Positions 26,201 through 34,299 are shown, counted from the stretch's first letter. The stretch: DNA of 64,000 bases from Bacteroidota bacterium (GCA_046051005.1 JBJOPA010000264.1:38755-102754); one strand, 5' to 3'. Translations and numbers: made by a program. Notes: generated by a model not told the origin, from the letters alone.

Positions 26201-27402
26201 GATGCTGTGGTTGGGTCAAAACCTAAATCGGAAACCGCTAAATAAACACGCTGTGGGTTATTTAGGTCAGCAGGCAGATTAAACGGCGAATTGGGCCAAA
26301 CAGCCCAAATAGGGTTATTTCTCGTCTTGTATTCTACTGTTACGATGCTTTGCGTTCCATTGTCATCATGACCAATACCGATATTCGTCACCATAAATTC
26401 CGCAGGTATGTGATCTTCCAAAACATAATTGTCCAAAGGTACATTACCAGTATTATTGGTAGGAAAAGACCAACCAGTACTGCCGCCTAACGAAGCCCAC
26501 TCTGTCCAGCTATATTTCGTACTACTTACTTCAATAATGGGCGCAGAAATGATTGCTGTTTTAGTGCTGCTTATAGAGGGGATAGCCCCCTCGGGCGAGT
26601 CACCTACAAGTGTAACCGTATTGTCCACCGTTTGCCCCAATGTGTAAGCACTTGACGGATAACGAACCGTCAATCGTAGCGTTTGGGACAAACCAATCGG
26701 GAAGTTTCCCAAATTCCAAGTCACTGTGCCACCATTATTGGTGCCACCGTGACTAGCACGAACAAAAATTGCACCTACTGGCAAAACGTCAGTTACTACC
26801 GCATTGGTTAACGTATAATTGCCGTTGCCTCTGTCGTTATTAACTGCAATTGAATAAGTTGCTTCGTTATCCAATGCAGGGTCGCGGTTGATATTTTTCG
26901 TGATGGTTATTTTAGCTGCCGCTTCTGCCGTTAATTGTACGGAATTTGAAGCAGGTAGCACACCTGTCCCTGTAAAGGTAGGTGTTAACGTTACCGTCGC
27001 ACCATTAGTTGTATTGCCATTAGAAAAATGAGTGCAAAATCGGATTGTACCAGAAGACCCCGCCGGTAGAGGGTCTAACATAAGCCATGTGACCTTTCGA
27101 CTAACTGGGTCGTAAGAAGACCTTTGAATGTGTGGCGAATTAAATACGCCTACATCACTGACGGCATCACCGTCCAAGGGCAAAGGTATCTCTACTTCTA
27201 TTTTGCCGTTGTTTAAATCTTGCGTAGTTGACGACCATGTGTAAGATACATCAAAGCATACTTCCTGCCCAGAAGGAGCCTGCGTCACGCCTCTGGAATT
27301 AATGGATATACTTAATTGGGCTTTTACCCACAAGGGGCACATTAGAAACATCAATAAGAAAAAATAGTTCCCCAAGAAACTTCTTTGCAAAAATTTATTC
27401 AT
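23284..27402 (-). CDS. giant surface or adhesin-like protein (DUF11-like repeats, SdrD/Cna-B-like domain, Ig-like domain, three Cys-bounded ~100-aa modules)
   Basis: 1372-aa ORF with a signal peptide. The Cna-B/SdrD-like segment reads GDLVWLDSDRDGIYNNGETG...SGNYFFNVAPGNYFVKFDLPNGY. The Ig-like segment reads LPNGRVGTPYNAQVTASGGVAPYQF...GTPTTAGSY. Three tandem paralogous modules occupy the C-terminal third. Confidence 0.8.
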   Translation of the reverse strand: MNKFLQRSFLGNYFFLLMFLMCPLWVKAQLSISINSRGVTQAPSGQEVCFDVSYTWSSTTQDLNNGKIEVEIPLPLDGDAVSDVGVFNSPHIQRSSYDPVSRKVTWLMLDPLPAGSSGTIRFCTHFSNGNTTNGATVTLTPTFTGTGVLPASNSVQLTAEAAAKITITKNINRDPALDNEATYSIAVNNDRGNGNYTLTNAVVTDVLPVGAIFVRASHGGTNNGGTVTWNLGNFPIGLSQTLRLTVRYPSSAYTLGQTVDNTVTLVGDSPEGAIPSISSTKTAIISAPIIEVSSTKYSWTEWASLGGSTGWSFPTNNTGNVPLDNYVLEDHIPAEFMVTNIGIGHDDNGTQSIVTVEYKTRNNPIWAVWPNSPFNLPADLNNPQRVYLAVSDLGFDPTTASDYLTDFRITWDRLPVGFSANNAVTYIQGRMINPSINGTTYALPLKIGNSINTKYDYAGTTTILPIVTDSISIVDKSPKPVVSKSLLSNYNQQPNNEIEYQLCLNNNWDASDSLRNGIIADLLAPELTYVAGSMVNQGNLPAPTLTVIDNFANTGRQLLKFSWQGASMPVGSYNCVTIKAKIRPGTAPGEIRNQLYFVSATNPIVNACDNPQFVRDTFDIDGDGLTLTDTLPASWLSSVNVLETTAIESYKYVKGLCDTTFHRYPNVGKTVVNGTFQYKLYVKNVGNKPLTNIRTLDILPYIGDIGVLTYNDFRQSAYQPSFVSMDFIPAGVTIKYSTSSNPCRTDLDPAINEPGGGCVSNTFSTTPPTNLGDIRSMIFDFGSTTIQPADSLELRWTMRVPYGVGPDDVAWNSFGHRSESTTGTLVPPAEPIKVGLKVKSAQIGDLVWLDSDRDGIYNNGETGVANVTAHLLDSLMNPVTNPTTNLPVTTTTNTSGNYFFNVAPGNYFVKFDLPNGYAVSQANQGTDDVNDSDVDATGKTITSITVIDGDKDLKWDAGIYLACVAPTIANVKADTATCVNGVLNVDAMVAVRGIVGMTKYAYSTTGANGLFAATATASTADSIKLTGLAAPPVATTYTFRIWGTDTTCFNDTTVVLNPSTCVRVCARIDLSPNTLPNGRVGTPYNAQVTASGGVAPYQFIWLVGSTGILPQGLSMTASGLVNGTPTTAGSYAVKIVVRDLNQCVDTLDPATITVECNPIVAGTVNAFQASCNGTTPNNDAIISLSSWTNATRVAFGTNGSTGLAYTSATALTGGALTISGLPNPSSPTIYTLRFFGSDSTCYLDTTVTVQPKTCTATCIQPTVANIVPTSATCLGSTPNSNATIEITGLANADKIAYSTNGVTGLTYAAAQIAVSGTTATIANLPNPATATTYVIRIFNGSESCFVDRIVTIQATVCNCPPVICPPVTVRRN
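24304..24314 (-). repeat. Variant copy 20 (cTACTG7) inside the adhesin gene
   Basis: GCTACTGGGGGGGCAGC. It lacks the leading A of the core. Confidence 0.4.
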
Positions 27403-27459
27403 TATCGTACTTATTTGAAAAATTTTTAACTCTTGTGTAATTTAATAAAAAAAAAAGTA

Positions 27460-27472
27460 CCCCCCCCAGTAT
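27460..27472 (+). repeat. CAGTAT-box copy 21 (C8AGTAT), intergenic
   Basis: AAAAAAAAAAGTACCCCCCCCAGTATG, upstream of the adhesin start. Confidence 0.9.
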
Positions 27473-27570
27473 GAGCGGGCGTATTATCCTATGTTTACCA
27501 AAAAATTTGCCAATTTAACCAACGAAGGGTATTTTTTAAATTAAATTTATAAAACCTATTTATAAATTAT

Positions 27571-27607
27571 CTTTACTTCCCCCTTTTGGGGGGATTTGAG
27601 GGGGGAT
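27571..27607 (+). repeat. Family-2 repeat, copy b
   Basis: CTTTACTTCCCCCTTTTGGGGGGATTTGAGGGGGGAT. Confidence 0.85.
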
Positions 27608-27610
27608 AAA

Positions 27611-27644
27611 AATAAGCCTTGCTGACGAATCAACAAGGCTTATT
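27611..27644 (-). terminator. Hairpin downstream of the RsbW-like gene, flanked by family-2 repeats
   Basis: AATAAGCCTTG ... CAAGGCTTATT. A T-run follows on the minus strand. Confidence 0.6.
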
Positions 27645-27661
27645 TTAGAATTGAATTTTGC

Positions 27662-27698
27662 CTTTACTTCCCCTTTTCGGGGGGATTGAGGGGGGACT
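27662..27698 (+). repeat. Family-2 repeat, copy c
   Basis: CTTTACTTCCCCTTTTCGGGGGGATTGAGGGGGGACT. It is a direct repeat of copy b, 91 nt away. Confidence 0.85.
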
Positions 27699-27715
27699 AT
27701 TTTTTTTTCGTGTGT

Positions 27716-28129
27716 CTATAACTTAAAATCCATTTCTACGGTTCTGCCGTTGTCTTTGAAATGGCATCTGTCGGCAAGTTTGCGCATCAAAAATACGCCG
27801 CGTCCGCCGCATTTGCTACAATTTTCTTTGGTCGTTGGGTCGGGAACGCTTTTAGGGTCGAAACCACAACCTTGGTCTGCAATGGAAAATTGTAACTTCC
27901 CGTTTTCCAGAACCGTCCGTACTTCTACGAATTTCGATTCGTCGAGCTTGTTGCCATGAATCATGGCGTTGTTGACGGCTTCGGTCAAGCTAATCAAAAT
28001 ATTGCCATACGTGTCAGGCGCGAGGCGATGCTGTTCGGCTATTTTGTTAACATAATGTTCTATTTGTTGGATGTTTCCTGCGTTTGAGCGCAATTTTAAA
28101 ATTGTAGAAGTTCCTTTTCTCATCGGCAC
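27716..28129 (-). CDS. RsbW/SpoIIAB-like anti-sigma regulatory Ser/Thr kinase (HATPase_c_2)
   Basis: 137 aa. N-box-like LTEAVNNAMIHGN, followed by ADQGCGF and GGRGVFLMRKL. Confidence 0.75.
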   Translation of the reverse strand: MPMRKGTSTILKLRSNAGNIQQIEHYVNKIAEQHRLAPDTYGNILISLTEAVNNAMIHGNKLDESKFVEVRTVLENGKLQFSIADQGCGFDPKSVPDPTTKENCSKCGGRGVFLMRKLADRCHFKDNGRTVEMDFKL

Positions 28130-28640
28130 AAGCTGTTTTTAATTTTTTTTTACCGAGTGAACAAATTGATGATTTTTTAAAAAACAGGGTAGTTCTGTAA
28201 ATTTACATAGCATCTTTTTTGATGAAAAAAAAATCTGTTTTCGGCTTAAAAAAATTTGGATTGAAATGTAAAGATTCGAGTCAAATATAAAATCTGATGA
28301 CTAAAAACAACACAAACGACTTCGTTTAGACGATGCAACATCAAAAACGCCACATCAAAAACGTAAGGTTTCAAAAAAAGTTTGATTTTCAGAAAAAAAA
28401 TAAAAAAAATGAGGATTGGGAATCTATCGAAATAAGCTGCTGTGAAAAAAGACGCAATTTACAGGAAAAAAATCGGTATTTGCAAATTTGAATGACAAAA
28501 AAATGACATTTTCCCATTTTTTTTACAAAATTCGCAACAAAAAATGCGTTTTCAGTAAAAAATAATAAAAAAATCCTATTTATACCTCAAAATTTTATGC
28601 CAAATAATTACGTTTCAAAAAAAAATAGAAAAAAAAGATT

Positions 28641-28674
28641 TTCCTCCCTCCCTTCGGGGGGGCTGGGGGGGGAC
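28641..28674 (+). repeat. Family-2 repeat, copy d
   Basis: TTCCTCCCTCCCTTCGGGGGGGCTGGGGGGGGAC, fused to CAGTAT-box copy 22. Confidence 0.75.
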
Positions 28675-28675
28675 A

Positions 28676-28689
28676 ATACTGGGGGGGGG
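28676..28689 (-). repeat. CAGTAT-box copy 22 (ATACTG9 + CGTTTTTTT), intergenic
   Basis: It directly abuts family-2 repeat copy d. It lies 27 nt downstream of the kynA stop on the minus strand. Confidence 0.9.
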
Positions 28690-28715
28690 CGTTTTTTTCC
28701 GATTTTTCGATTTTT

Positions 28716-29765
28716 TTATCGAATTGTTTTTCCCCAATTTTCTAATTCTTCGGCGTTCCAAAGTTCGGGAAACAAAACGATGAATTGTAGGCGCGACGGC
28801 AAATATTGTTGCCAATTGGTGCCGCCCGTTGCGGCAATCGTTTGCGGTTTGTTGTCCAAATACCGCGCCGCCGAACGGAAATGCGACAATTTCCAACGGA
28901 CATTGAGGTTCAAATCAAATTCTCGCAATTCTTTTTTCAAATTTTCATCATTTTTGAGTTCGTCGGGCAGGCGCATGAACAGTCGTCGGAGGTTTGCGCC
29001 GCGCATTTCTTTTCCTAGCTGAATGAGTTCGGTCGAATATTTTTGTTCAAATTGTCGCAACGTCAATGTTTTTTGACCTGTTGCCAGTTCGGTCGCGCCC
29101 GATTTCCAATACAAATTTTCGTAAGTGGCTTCGGTTGCGGATTTTTCGTCATAATTTGCCCGTTTGGTTTGATGCACCAACAGCCAAAGGTCGGTTGACA
29201 TGATTTCAATTTTGCGCATTTGCACCGATTGAAAACCACTCGCAGGCAACAAACTCATGCGAAATTTTAGAAATTCGTCTTTGTCCATGCCTTCCACCAT
29301 CACCTCGAACGACTGAATCAGCGTCGCCCAATAGCGGTTGCAACGCGACAAATTGCGTTGCATGAGCGCAACCGATTGGGAAACGGACTCGCGTTCGGTG
29401 GTTTCCACAATTTGTTCGAGTGCGTCTAATATCAACCGAAAATATAATTCGGTAATTTGATGATAGATAATAAAAATGCGTTCGTCGGCAATTGGCGTAC
29501 GCGGTGTTTGCAGGCTCAACAACGTGTCGAGGTGGATATAATCCCAATAAGTCAAGTAATCGGCGTGCAACAAACCATCGAGATACGACGTGAGGTCTTG
29601 CCCCATCGCGGCATATTTTGCTGCCAATGCCTTCAATCGGCTTTCCAATTCTGGACCGATGGCGGCACTATTTTCAGTATTTTGTATAGGTTTCAAAATT
29701 CTTTTTTTTAATAATTTGATTTTATTGTAGGAAAACGGCGGCAAAAATAGCTTATTTTTTTTCAA
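28716..29765 (-). CDS. kynA: tryptophan 2,3-dioxygenase
   Basis: YLTYWDYIHLDTLLSLQ, FIIYHQITELYFRL and SGFQSVQMRKIE are characteristic of bacterial TDO. Confidence 0.85.
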   Translation of the reverse strand: MKKNKLFLPPFSYNKIKLLKKRILKPIQNTENSAAIGPELESRLKALAAKYAAMGQDLTSYLDGLLHADYLTYWDYIHLDTLLSLQTPRTPIADERIFIIYHQITELYFRLILDALEQIVETTERESVSQSVALMQRNLSRCNRYWATLIQSFEVMVEGMDKDEFLKFRMSLLPASGFQSVQMRKIEIMSTDLWLLVHQTKRANYDEKSATEATYENLYWKSGATELATGQKTLTLRQFEQKYSTELIQLGKEMRGANLRRLFMRLPDELKNDENLKKELREFDLNLNVRWKLSHFRSAARYLDNKPQTIAATGGTNWQQYLPSRLQFIVLFPELWNAEELENWGKTIR

Positions 29766-29786
29766 AATCGCCTAAAAAATGGTTGG

Positions 29787-29797
29787 ATACTGGGGGG
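29787..29797 (-). repeat. CAGTAT-box copy 23 in the meaB-kynA intercistronic gap
   Basis: GGATACTGGGGGGTATCATTTTTTT. The extended arm overlaps the last codons and stop of meaB (…SKK*). Confidence 0.9.
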
Positions 29798-29799
29798 TA

Positions 29800-30876
29800 T
29801 CATTTTTTTGATGTCAGAAAGGTTTCCATCAATTTTTCGGCGGCGGAAAAAGGCGACGAAGTCCCGCCGACCACTTTTTGTTCGATTTCGTTCAACATTT
29901 TTTTAACATCTTCTTGTTGAAAAAAATATTGGCGAAGCAATTCGTTGATGGTTTCGTGGAGCCAAAAACGCGATTGTTGTTGCCGATTTTGTTCAAAAAA
30001 ACCAGTTTCCAACGTTTTTTCCTTGAAATTGAACAACAATTGGTGAATGTCGGCAATCCCCATTTTCGACAAAGCCGAACACAACAAGACGGGCGGCAAC
30101 CAACCACTTTCTTTGGGCGGCAAATAATGAATGGCATTTCGGTAAAAAGCGCGGGCTTGTTTGGCAAGGCTTTCGCGCTCGCCATCGGCTTTGTTGACGG
30201 CAATGAGGTCTGCCATTTCGACGATGCCGCGTTTGATGCCCTGCAATTCGTCGCCCGCGCCGGGCAACAGCAACAACAGAAAAAAATCGGTCATAGATTG
30301 CACCGCAATTTCGGATTGTCCTACGCCGACGGTCTCAACGACTATCAAATCATAGCCTGCGGCTTCGCAAAGTAAAATGGTTTCTCTGGTTTTTCGAGCC
30401 ACGCCGCCCAGCGTTTCGCCTGCGGCGGACGGTCGCACGAAGGCGTTTGCGTGCGCGGCGAGTTGCATCATGCGGGTTTTGTCGCCCAAAATGCTGCCGT
30501 GCGTGACTTGGCTTGACGGGTCAATTGCCAACACCGCCACTTTCCCTCGCCCCCCAGTATTTTCGATGTGATGCAAGCCAAATGCTTCAATGAACGTACT
30601 TTTCCCTACGCCTGGCGTGCCTGTGATGCCGATTCGCACCGATTTGGCGGCATGTGGCAAACACTTTTCGATGAGTTGTTGCGCAAGTGCGGCGTGGTCG
30701 GGTCGGGTGCTTTCCACCAGCGTAATCGCTTGGCTGAGGCGCACGCGATTGCCCGCCAAAATGCCCTCAAACAGCTCCGAAACCGTCGGATACTGGGGGG
30801 GGGCATTTTTGAGCTTCCATTTTGCCAAATTTGGATTTAAACTTGGCGGCGGCACTTGTTTTTTTTCTTTCATCAA
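29800..30876 (-). CDS. meaB: methylmalonyl-CoA mutase-associated G3E GTPase (MeaB/ArgK family)
   Basis: P-loop GTPGVGKST, followed by VETVGVGQSE and the NKxD motif AVNKAD. Confidence 0.88.
   Translation of the reverse strand: MMKEKKQVPPPSLNPNLAKWKLKNAPPQYPTVSELFEGILAGNRVRLSQAITLVESTRPDHAALAQQLIEKCLPHAAKSVRIGITGTPGVGKSTFIEAFGLHHIENTGGRGKVAVLAIDPSSQVTHGSILGDKTRMMQLAAHANAFVRPSAAGETLGGVARKTRETILLCEAAGYDLIVVETVGVGQSEIAVQSMTDFFLLLLLPGAGDELQGIKRGIVEMADLIAVNKADGERESLAKQARAFYRNAIHYLPPKESGWLPPVLLCSALSKMGIADIHQLLFNFKEKTLETGFFEQNRQQQSRFWLHETINELLRQYFFQQEDVKKMLNEIEQKVVGGTSSPFSAAEKLMETFLTSKK
30550..30560 (+). repeat. CAGTAT-box copy 24 inside meaB
   Basis: CGCCCCCCAGTATTTTCG. On the coding strand it reads ENTGGRG. 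Confidence 0.85.
30790..30803 (-). repeat. CAGTAT-box copy 25 (full 20-mer) inside meaB
   Basis: On the coding strand AAAAATGCCCCCCCCCAGTATCC is read as KNAPPQYP. Confidence 0.9.
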
Positions 30877-30885
30877 TATTTTTTT

Positions 30886-33800
30886 CTATTCGTCGTCCAT
30901 AGATTCGCGGTCGAGATTGGAAAGCGAGTGTGACAAAACATGCGTTTTTACGAAATTGCACCATGCACAATTCTTTTCGCCACAACCCGTTGAAAATTCA
31001 AATTTTGAAATTTTTGACCACATTTTTTCTATCAATTGGGTCATCAAAAGGACTTCTTGCCCATCGAAATCTATTTTGACATTCAAAAAATCGCCATTAA
31101 AATTGGGTTCGAGATATTGAATTTCGCCCGAACGCACGCGCACGAGGTTTTTGTTCATTGCCTCGTATAAAATTTTATAAAATATTAATTGCCGACGATA
31201 TTTTCCATTTTTACTGGATTCTTTGAGCGGCGTAAAATCATTTTTATCGTAACGCCCCGTTTTATAATCCACGATGTGGGCAGTTCCGTCCTTGAAAAAT
31301 TCGATTTTGTCAATGGTTCCTTTCAGCGGAATGCCGTTAAAATCGGTCGGTCTGCCACGTTCCACGAGGGCATCTTTGTTCCACGTGGGGACGTTTTTTT
31401 CGTAAAATTCTTTCAAATATTTTTTTCCTTGCGCCAATTTTCGTTCGTAATCTGCGGGCGAAAAACTGGATTGATGTTTCATCATGGCGCGTTCAAAATA
31501 GTGCAAAAAATGGTCAACGTCTGGAAATTCGTTGTTTTTCATGCGTTTCATTTCCAAAAATGCGCGTTGCAAGGCATAATGGGCTGCCATTCCGAAGTTT
31601 GCCGCCGATGTCATCACCGACGGAACGCGCAACACATTTTCGTAATAAAAAGAAATTGGACATTTCAAATACGAGTTGAGCGCGGAAATGCTGAGTTGAA
31701 AATGGGCAAACCAATGATTGAGAAAATCGGCTTCCACAATCTCAATCGTTGGCGATTCTTGCAACAAAACGACTTGGTTTTCGACAAAAAAATCGGGTTC
31801 GACGTGTCGTTTTTCAAGCGTTGCGACCTCACTTTCTAGCAATTCGTATAAAAATTTAGAGGCTTCTAATTTTTTTCCTTCTTGATTATAAGTCGCATAC
31901 GAAATTTGCAAATTTGTTTTTGCCCGCGTGAGGGCGACGTAAAAAAGTCGGCGTTGGGCTTCGGTTTCGTCTTCGCTGCGCGTGTAGGTGAGGGTGGGCG
32001 GCAGCGCAAAATGTCGGGTCGGCGATTTTTTGCTTTCCCATTCATTTTTTAAACAATCTATGACAAAAACATATTCAAATTCTAAACCTTTTGCGGCGTG
32101 GGCAGTCAACAAATTGATGCCATTTGTTTCGGCATACGCGCCAATTTTTTGGAGGTCGAGGCGAATGTTGTGTTTGTCGAGTGCGTCCAATGCTTCCAAC
32201 AAATTTTTCAGAGAAAAACGGTTGTTTTTCGCAATTTCAGATTTTACAAACTCCATGAACGAATGTAAAATTTGAATCAACCAAATTCGGTTTTCGGCGT
32301 TCATGGCTTGTGCCATCATGCCGCTTTCGGTCAACATGCGCTCTATCAATTTGGCGATGGGCAGGTTAAAAACGTTTTTGATGCCCCCCCCCAGTATATT
32401 CGCCAAATTTTCCCATTTTTCGACCTCAATCGTAGGCAACAAGGCGGTTTGTTGTTTCAAATTGAACACCAATTCGTGCCAAGTCAACAGTTTTTCGCCT
32501 TTTGAATTTGGATTTAATTCATGTTCTTCGCGGGTTAAAATGCGTTGATTTTCCCTTGAAATATACATTGCTGCCAATTGAATATCACGCGAAGAAATAT
32601 TGAAAAAAGAAAAATGCAATAATTCAAACAACAATTTTTCGCCACTTTCTGGTTGTTCGGCTTCTTTTTGGAGGAAAATCAAGAGCGTTCTCAATTGTTG
32701 CATCAACAACGTATCGAGGATATTGACGGCGCGTTTGAGGTGATAATGGATTTGTTGTTTTTCTAATATTTCTACCAATCGCGCTGCTTGCCGATGTTGC
32801 CGATACAAGACCGCACACGCCGACAACGGCACGCCCGAATCCGACAACGCCTTGATTTGCGCCACGACATCGAACAATTCATGCGTTTGCGAAGCGTATT
32901 CGACCACTTTTATGGGATTTTGAAGTGCCGCGTTGCTGCCGCGTGCGACCAAATTTTTGGAAAGCGATTGCCCCAATGCGTTGATGAGTCGCAGTTCATT
33001 TTGCTGAATCACGATGCCCGCGCCGTCCAAAATGGCTTGCGTCGAGCGATAATTTTCTGACAACACAATCAACGACAAATTGGTTTGGTGTTGCTCATAG
33101 AAATCAACAATATTGCGCAGTCGTGCGCCCTGAAATTCAAAAATCGCTTGGTCGTCGTCGCCCACGATGAAGACGTTGGGAACGTCCCAAAAATTGAGCA
33201 ATTGCGCCAACAAATCGCTTTGCGAACCGTTTGTGTCTTGAAATTCGTCCACCAAAAGGTATAAATATCTTTCTTGATATTGTCGCAACAAAAACGGGTG
33301 TTGCCGAAATGCCTTGACCACCCACGACACCATATCGTCGAAATCGTAGCGACCTTCTTCGCGCAAGAGGCGTTCAAATTTTGGAAACAATCGGGCAGAT
33401 TCGACCAAAAGTTCCATCTTTTTTTGCGTATCTTCTACTTTTTCTTGCTTGATTTCGCCTGTTTGATAGGTGTTTTTACGAGAATTTTTATAAAAAAAAT
33501 CTGGATTGTTTGGAATATCGTCTAAATACAGTTGTGTTTTTATTTCAATGTCTTCAACCGTCCAGCCTTCGGTTTTCATCAACTTGAACAATTCTTTTAG
33601 CTGGTCGAGATGTTGATAGGCGTTGTGCGCACGCCGCAACACATGAAGCGGGTCGAGGCTGTCTAACATTTTACGGAGCAACTGAACGCGCTCCAATTCG
33701 GACAACGGTTCGAGGTCGCCACGCCCAAAAATTTCGAGATTTTCTTGAATAATTCGGCTGCAAAACGAGTGAAAAGTAAAAATTCCGACGTTGTGCGCTT

Positions 33801-34095
33801 CCGTTCCGATGAGTTGCAACAACCGTTCGCGCATGGCTTGCACGCCCGCGTCGGTGAACGTGAGGCACAACACATTTTGCGCCGCCGTGTCGGTTTGTCG
33901 CAAAATCATGCCCACTCTTGCCGCCAAAATATGGGTTTTGCCCGTGCCTGGACCAGCAATTGCCATCACTACGCCGTCGGTTTGTTCTACGGCTTGGCGT
34001 TGTTGCGGGTTGAGGGTTTTTAACGTGTCTTCAAAGCGTTGATTATAGTCTTTTCGAGACAGTTTTGCCGCTTCGGACGTAGTCTTTTTTGCCAA
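30886..34095 (-). CDS. UvrD/PcrA-type SF1 helicase fused to a C-terminal PD-(D/E)XK (Cas4/AddB-like) nuclease with a 4-Cys cluster
   Basis: Walker A AGPGTGKTH, motif II LLVDEFQDTN, and TAHAAKGLEF. The C-terminus has LKCP..., GTIDKIE...HIVDYKTG, RQLIFYKILY and CGEKNCAWCNF. Confidence 0.85.
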   Translation of the reverse strand: MAKKTTSEAAKLSRKDYNQRFEDTLKTLNPQQRQAVEQTDGVVMAIAGPGTGKTHILAARVGMILRQTDTAAQNVLCLTFTDAGVQAMRERLLQLIGTEAHNVGIFTFHSFCSRIIQENLEIFGRGDLEPLSELERVQLLRKMLDSLDPLHVLRRAHNAYQHLDQLKELFKLMKTEGWTVEDIEIKTQLYLDDIPNNPDFFYKNSRKNTYQTGEIKQEKVEDTQKKMELLVESARLFPKFERLLREEGRYDFDDMVSWVVKAFRQHPFLLRQYQERYLYLLVDEFQDTNGSQSDLLAQLLNFWDVPNVFIVGDDDQAIFEFQGARLRNIVDFYEQHQTNLSLIVLSENYRSTQAILDGAGIVIQQNELRLINALGQSLSKNLVARGSNAALQNPIKVVEYASQTHELFDVVAQIKALSDSGVPLSACAVLYRQHRQAARLVEILEKQQIHYHLKRAVNILDTLLMQQLRTLLIFLQKEAEQPESGEKLLFELLHFSFFNISSRDIQLAAMYISRENQRILTREEHELNPNSKGEKLLTWHELVFNLKQQTALLPTIEVEKWENLANILGGGIKNVFNLPIAKLIERMLTESGMMAQAMNAENRIWLIQILHSFMEFVKSEIAKNNRFSLKNLLEALDALDKHNIRLDLQKIGAYAETNGINLLTAHAAKGLEFEYVFVIDCLKNEWESKKSPTRHFALPPTLTYTRSEDETEAQRRLFYVALTRAKTNLQISYATYNQEGKKLEASKFLYELLESEVATLEKRHVEPDFFVENQVVLLQESPTIEIVEADFLNHWFAHFQLSISALNSYLKCPISFYYENVLRVPSVMTSAANFGMAAHYALQRAFLEMKRMKNNEFPDVDHFLHYFERAMMKHQSSFSPADYERKLAQGKKYLKEFYEKNVPTWNKDALVERGRPTDFNGIPLKGTIDKIEFFKDGTAHIVDYKTGRYDKNDFTPLKESSKNGKYRRQLIFYKILYEAMNKNLVRVRSGEIQYLEPNFNGDFLNVKIDFDGQEVLLMTQLIEKMWSKISKFEFSTGCGEKNCAWCNFVKTHVLSHSLSNLDRESMDDE
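32384..32397 (+). repeat. CAGTAT-box copy 26 (C9AGTAT) inside the helicase-nuclease gene
   Basis: TTTTTGATGCCCCCCCCCAGTATAT. On the coding strand it is read as NILGGGIKNVF. Confidence 0.9.
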
Positions 34096-34179
34096 AATTT
34101 TTAAATTTCTTTCTTGAAATTGCTAAAAAACGAGTAAAATGCCGTAAAAAAACACTTATTTTCTCCTTTCGGTGGAAAA

Positions 34180-34193
34180 ATACTGGGGGGGGG
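34180..34193 (-). repeat. CAGTAT-box copy 27 (ATACTG9), intergenic
   Basis: AAATACTGGGGGGGGGCTATTTT, between the helicase start and the stop of ORF 34300..35505. Confidence 0.9.
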
Positions 34194-34299
34194 CTATTTT
34201 CTGCAAAAATACAATTTTTTTCGTATTTTTTTATAAAATTTTTGTTTAAAAAACTTCAAAAAAATAGGAATTTTTTCACAAAAACAGTTGATTTTTCCT

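Noticed and set aside
24315-27459. Long motif-free stretches taken as evidence of horizontal transfer: the adhesin gene at 24315-27459, 38188-40831, 43912-46604 and hppA at 60679-63569.
   Set aside because: With mean spacing of about 1.3 kb, gaps of 2.5-3 kb are expected several times by chance. hppA is a core gene. The pattern is not significant on its own.
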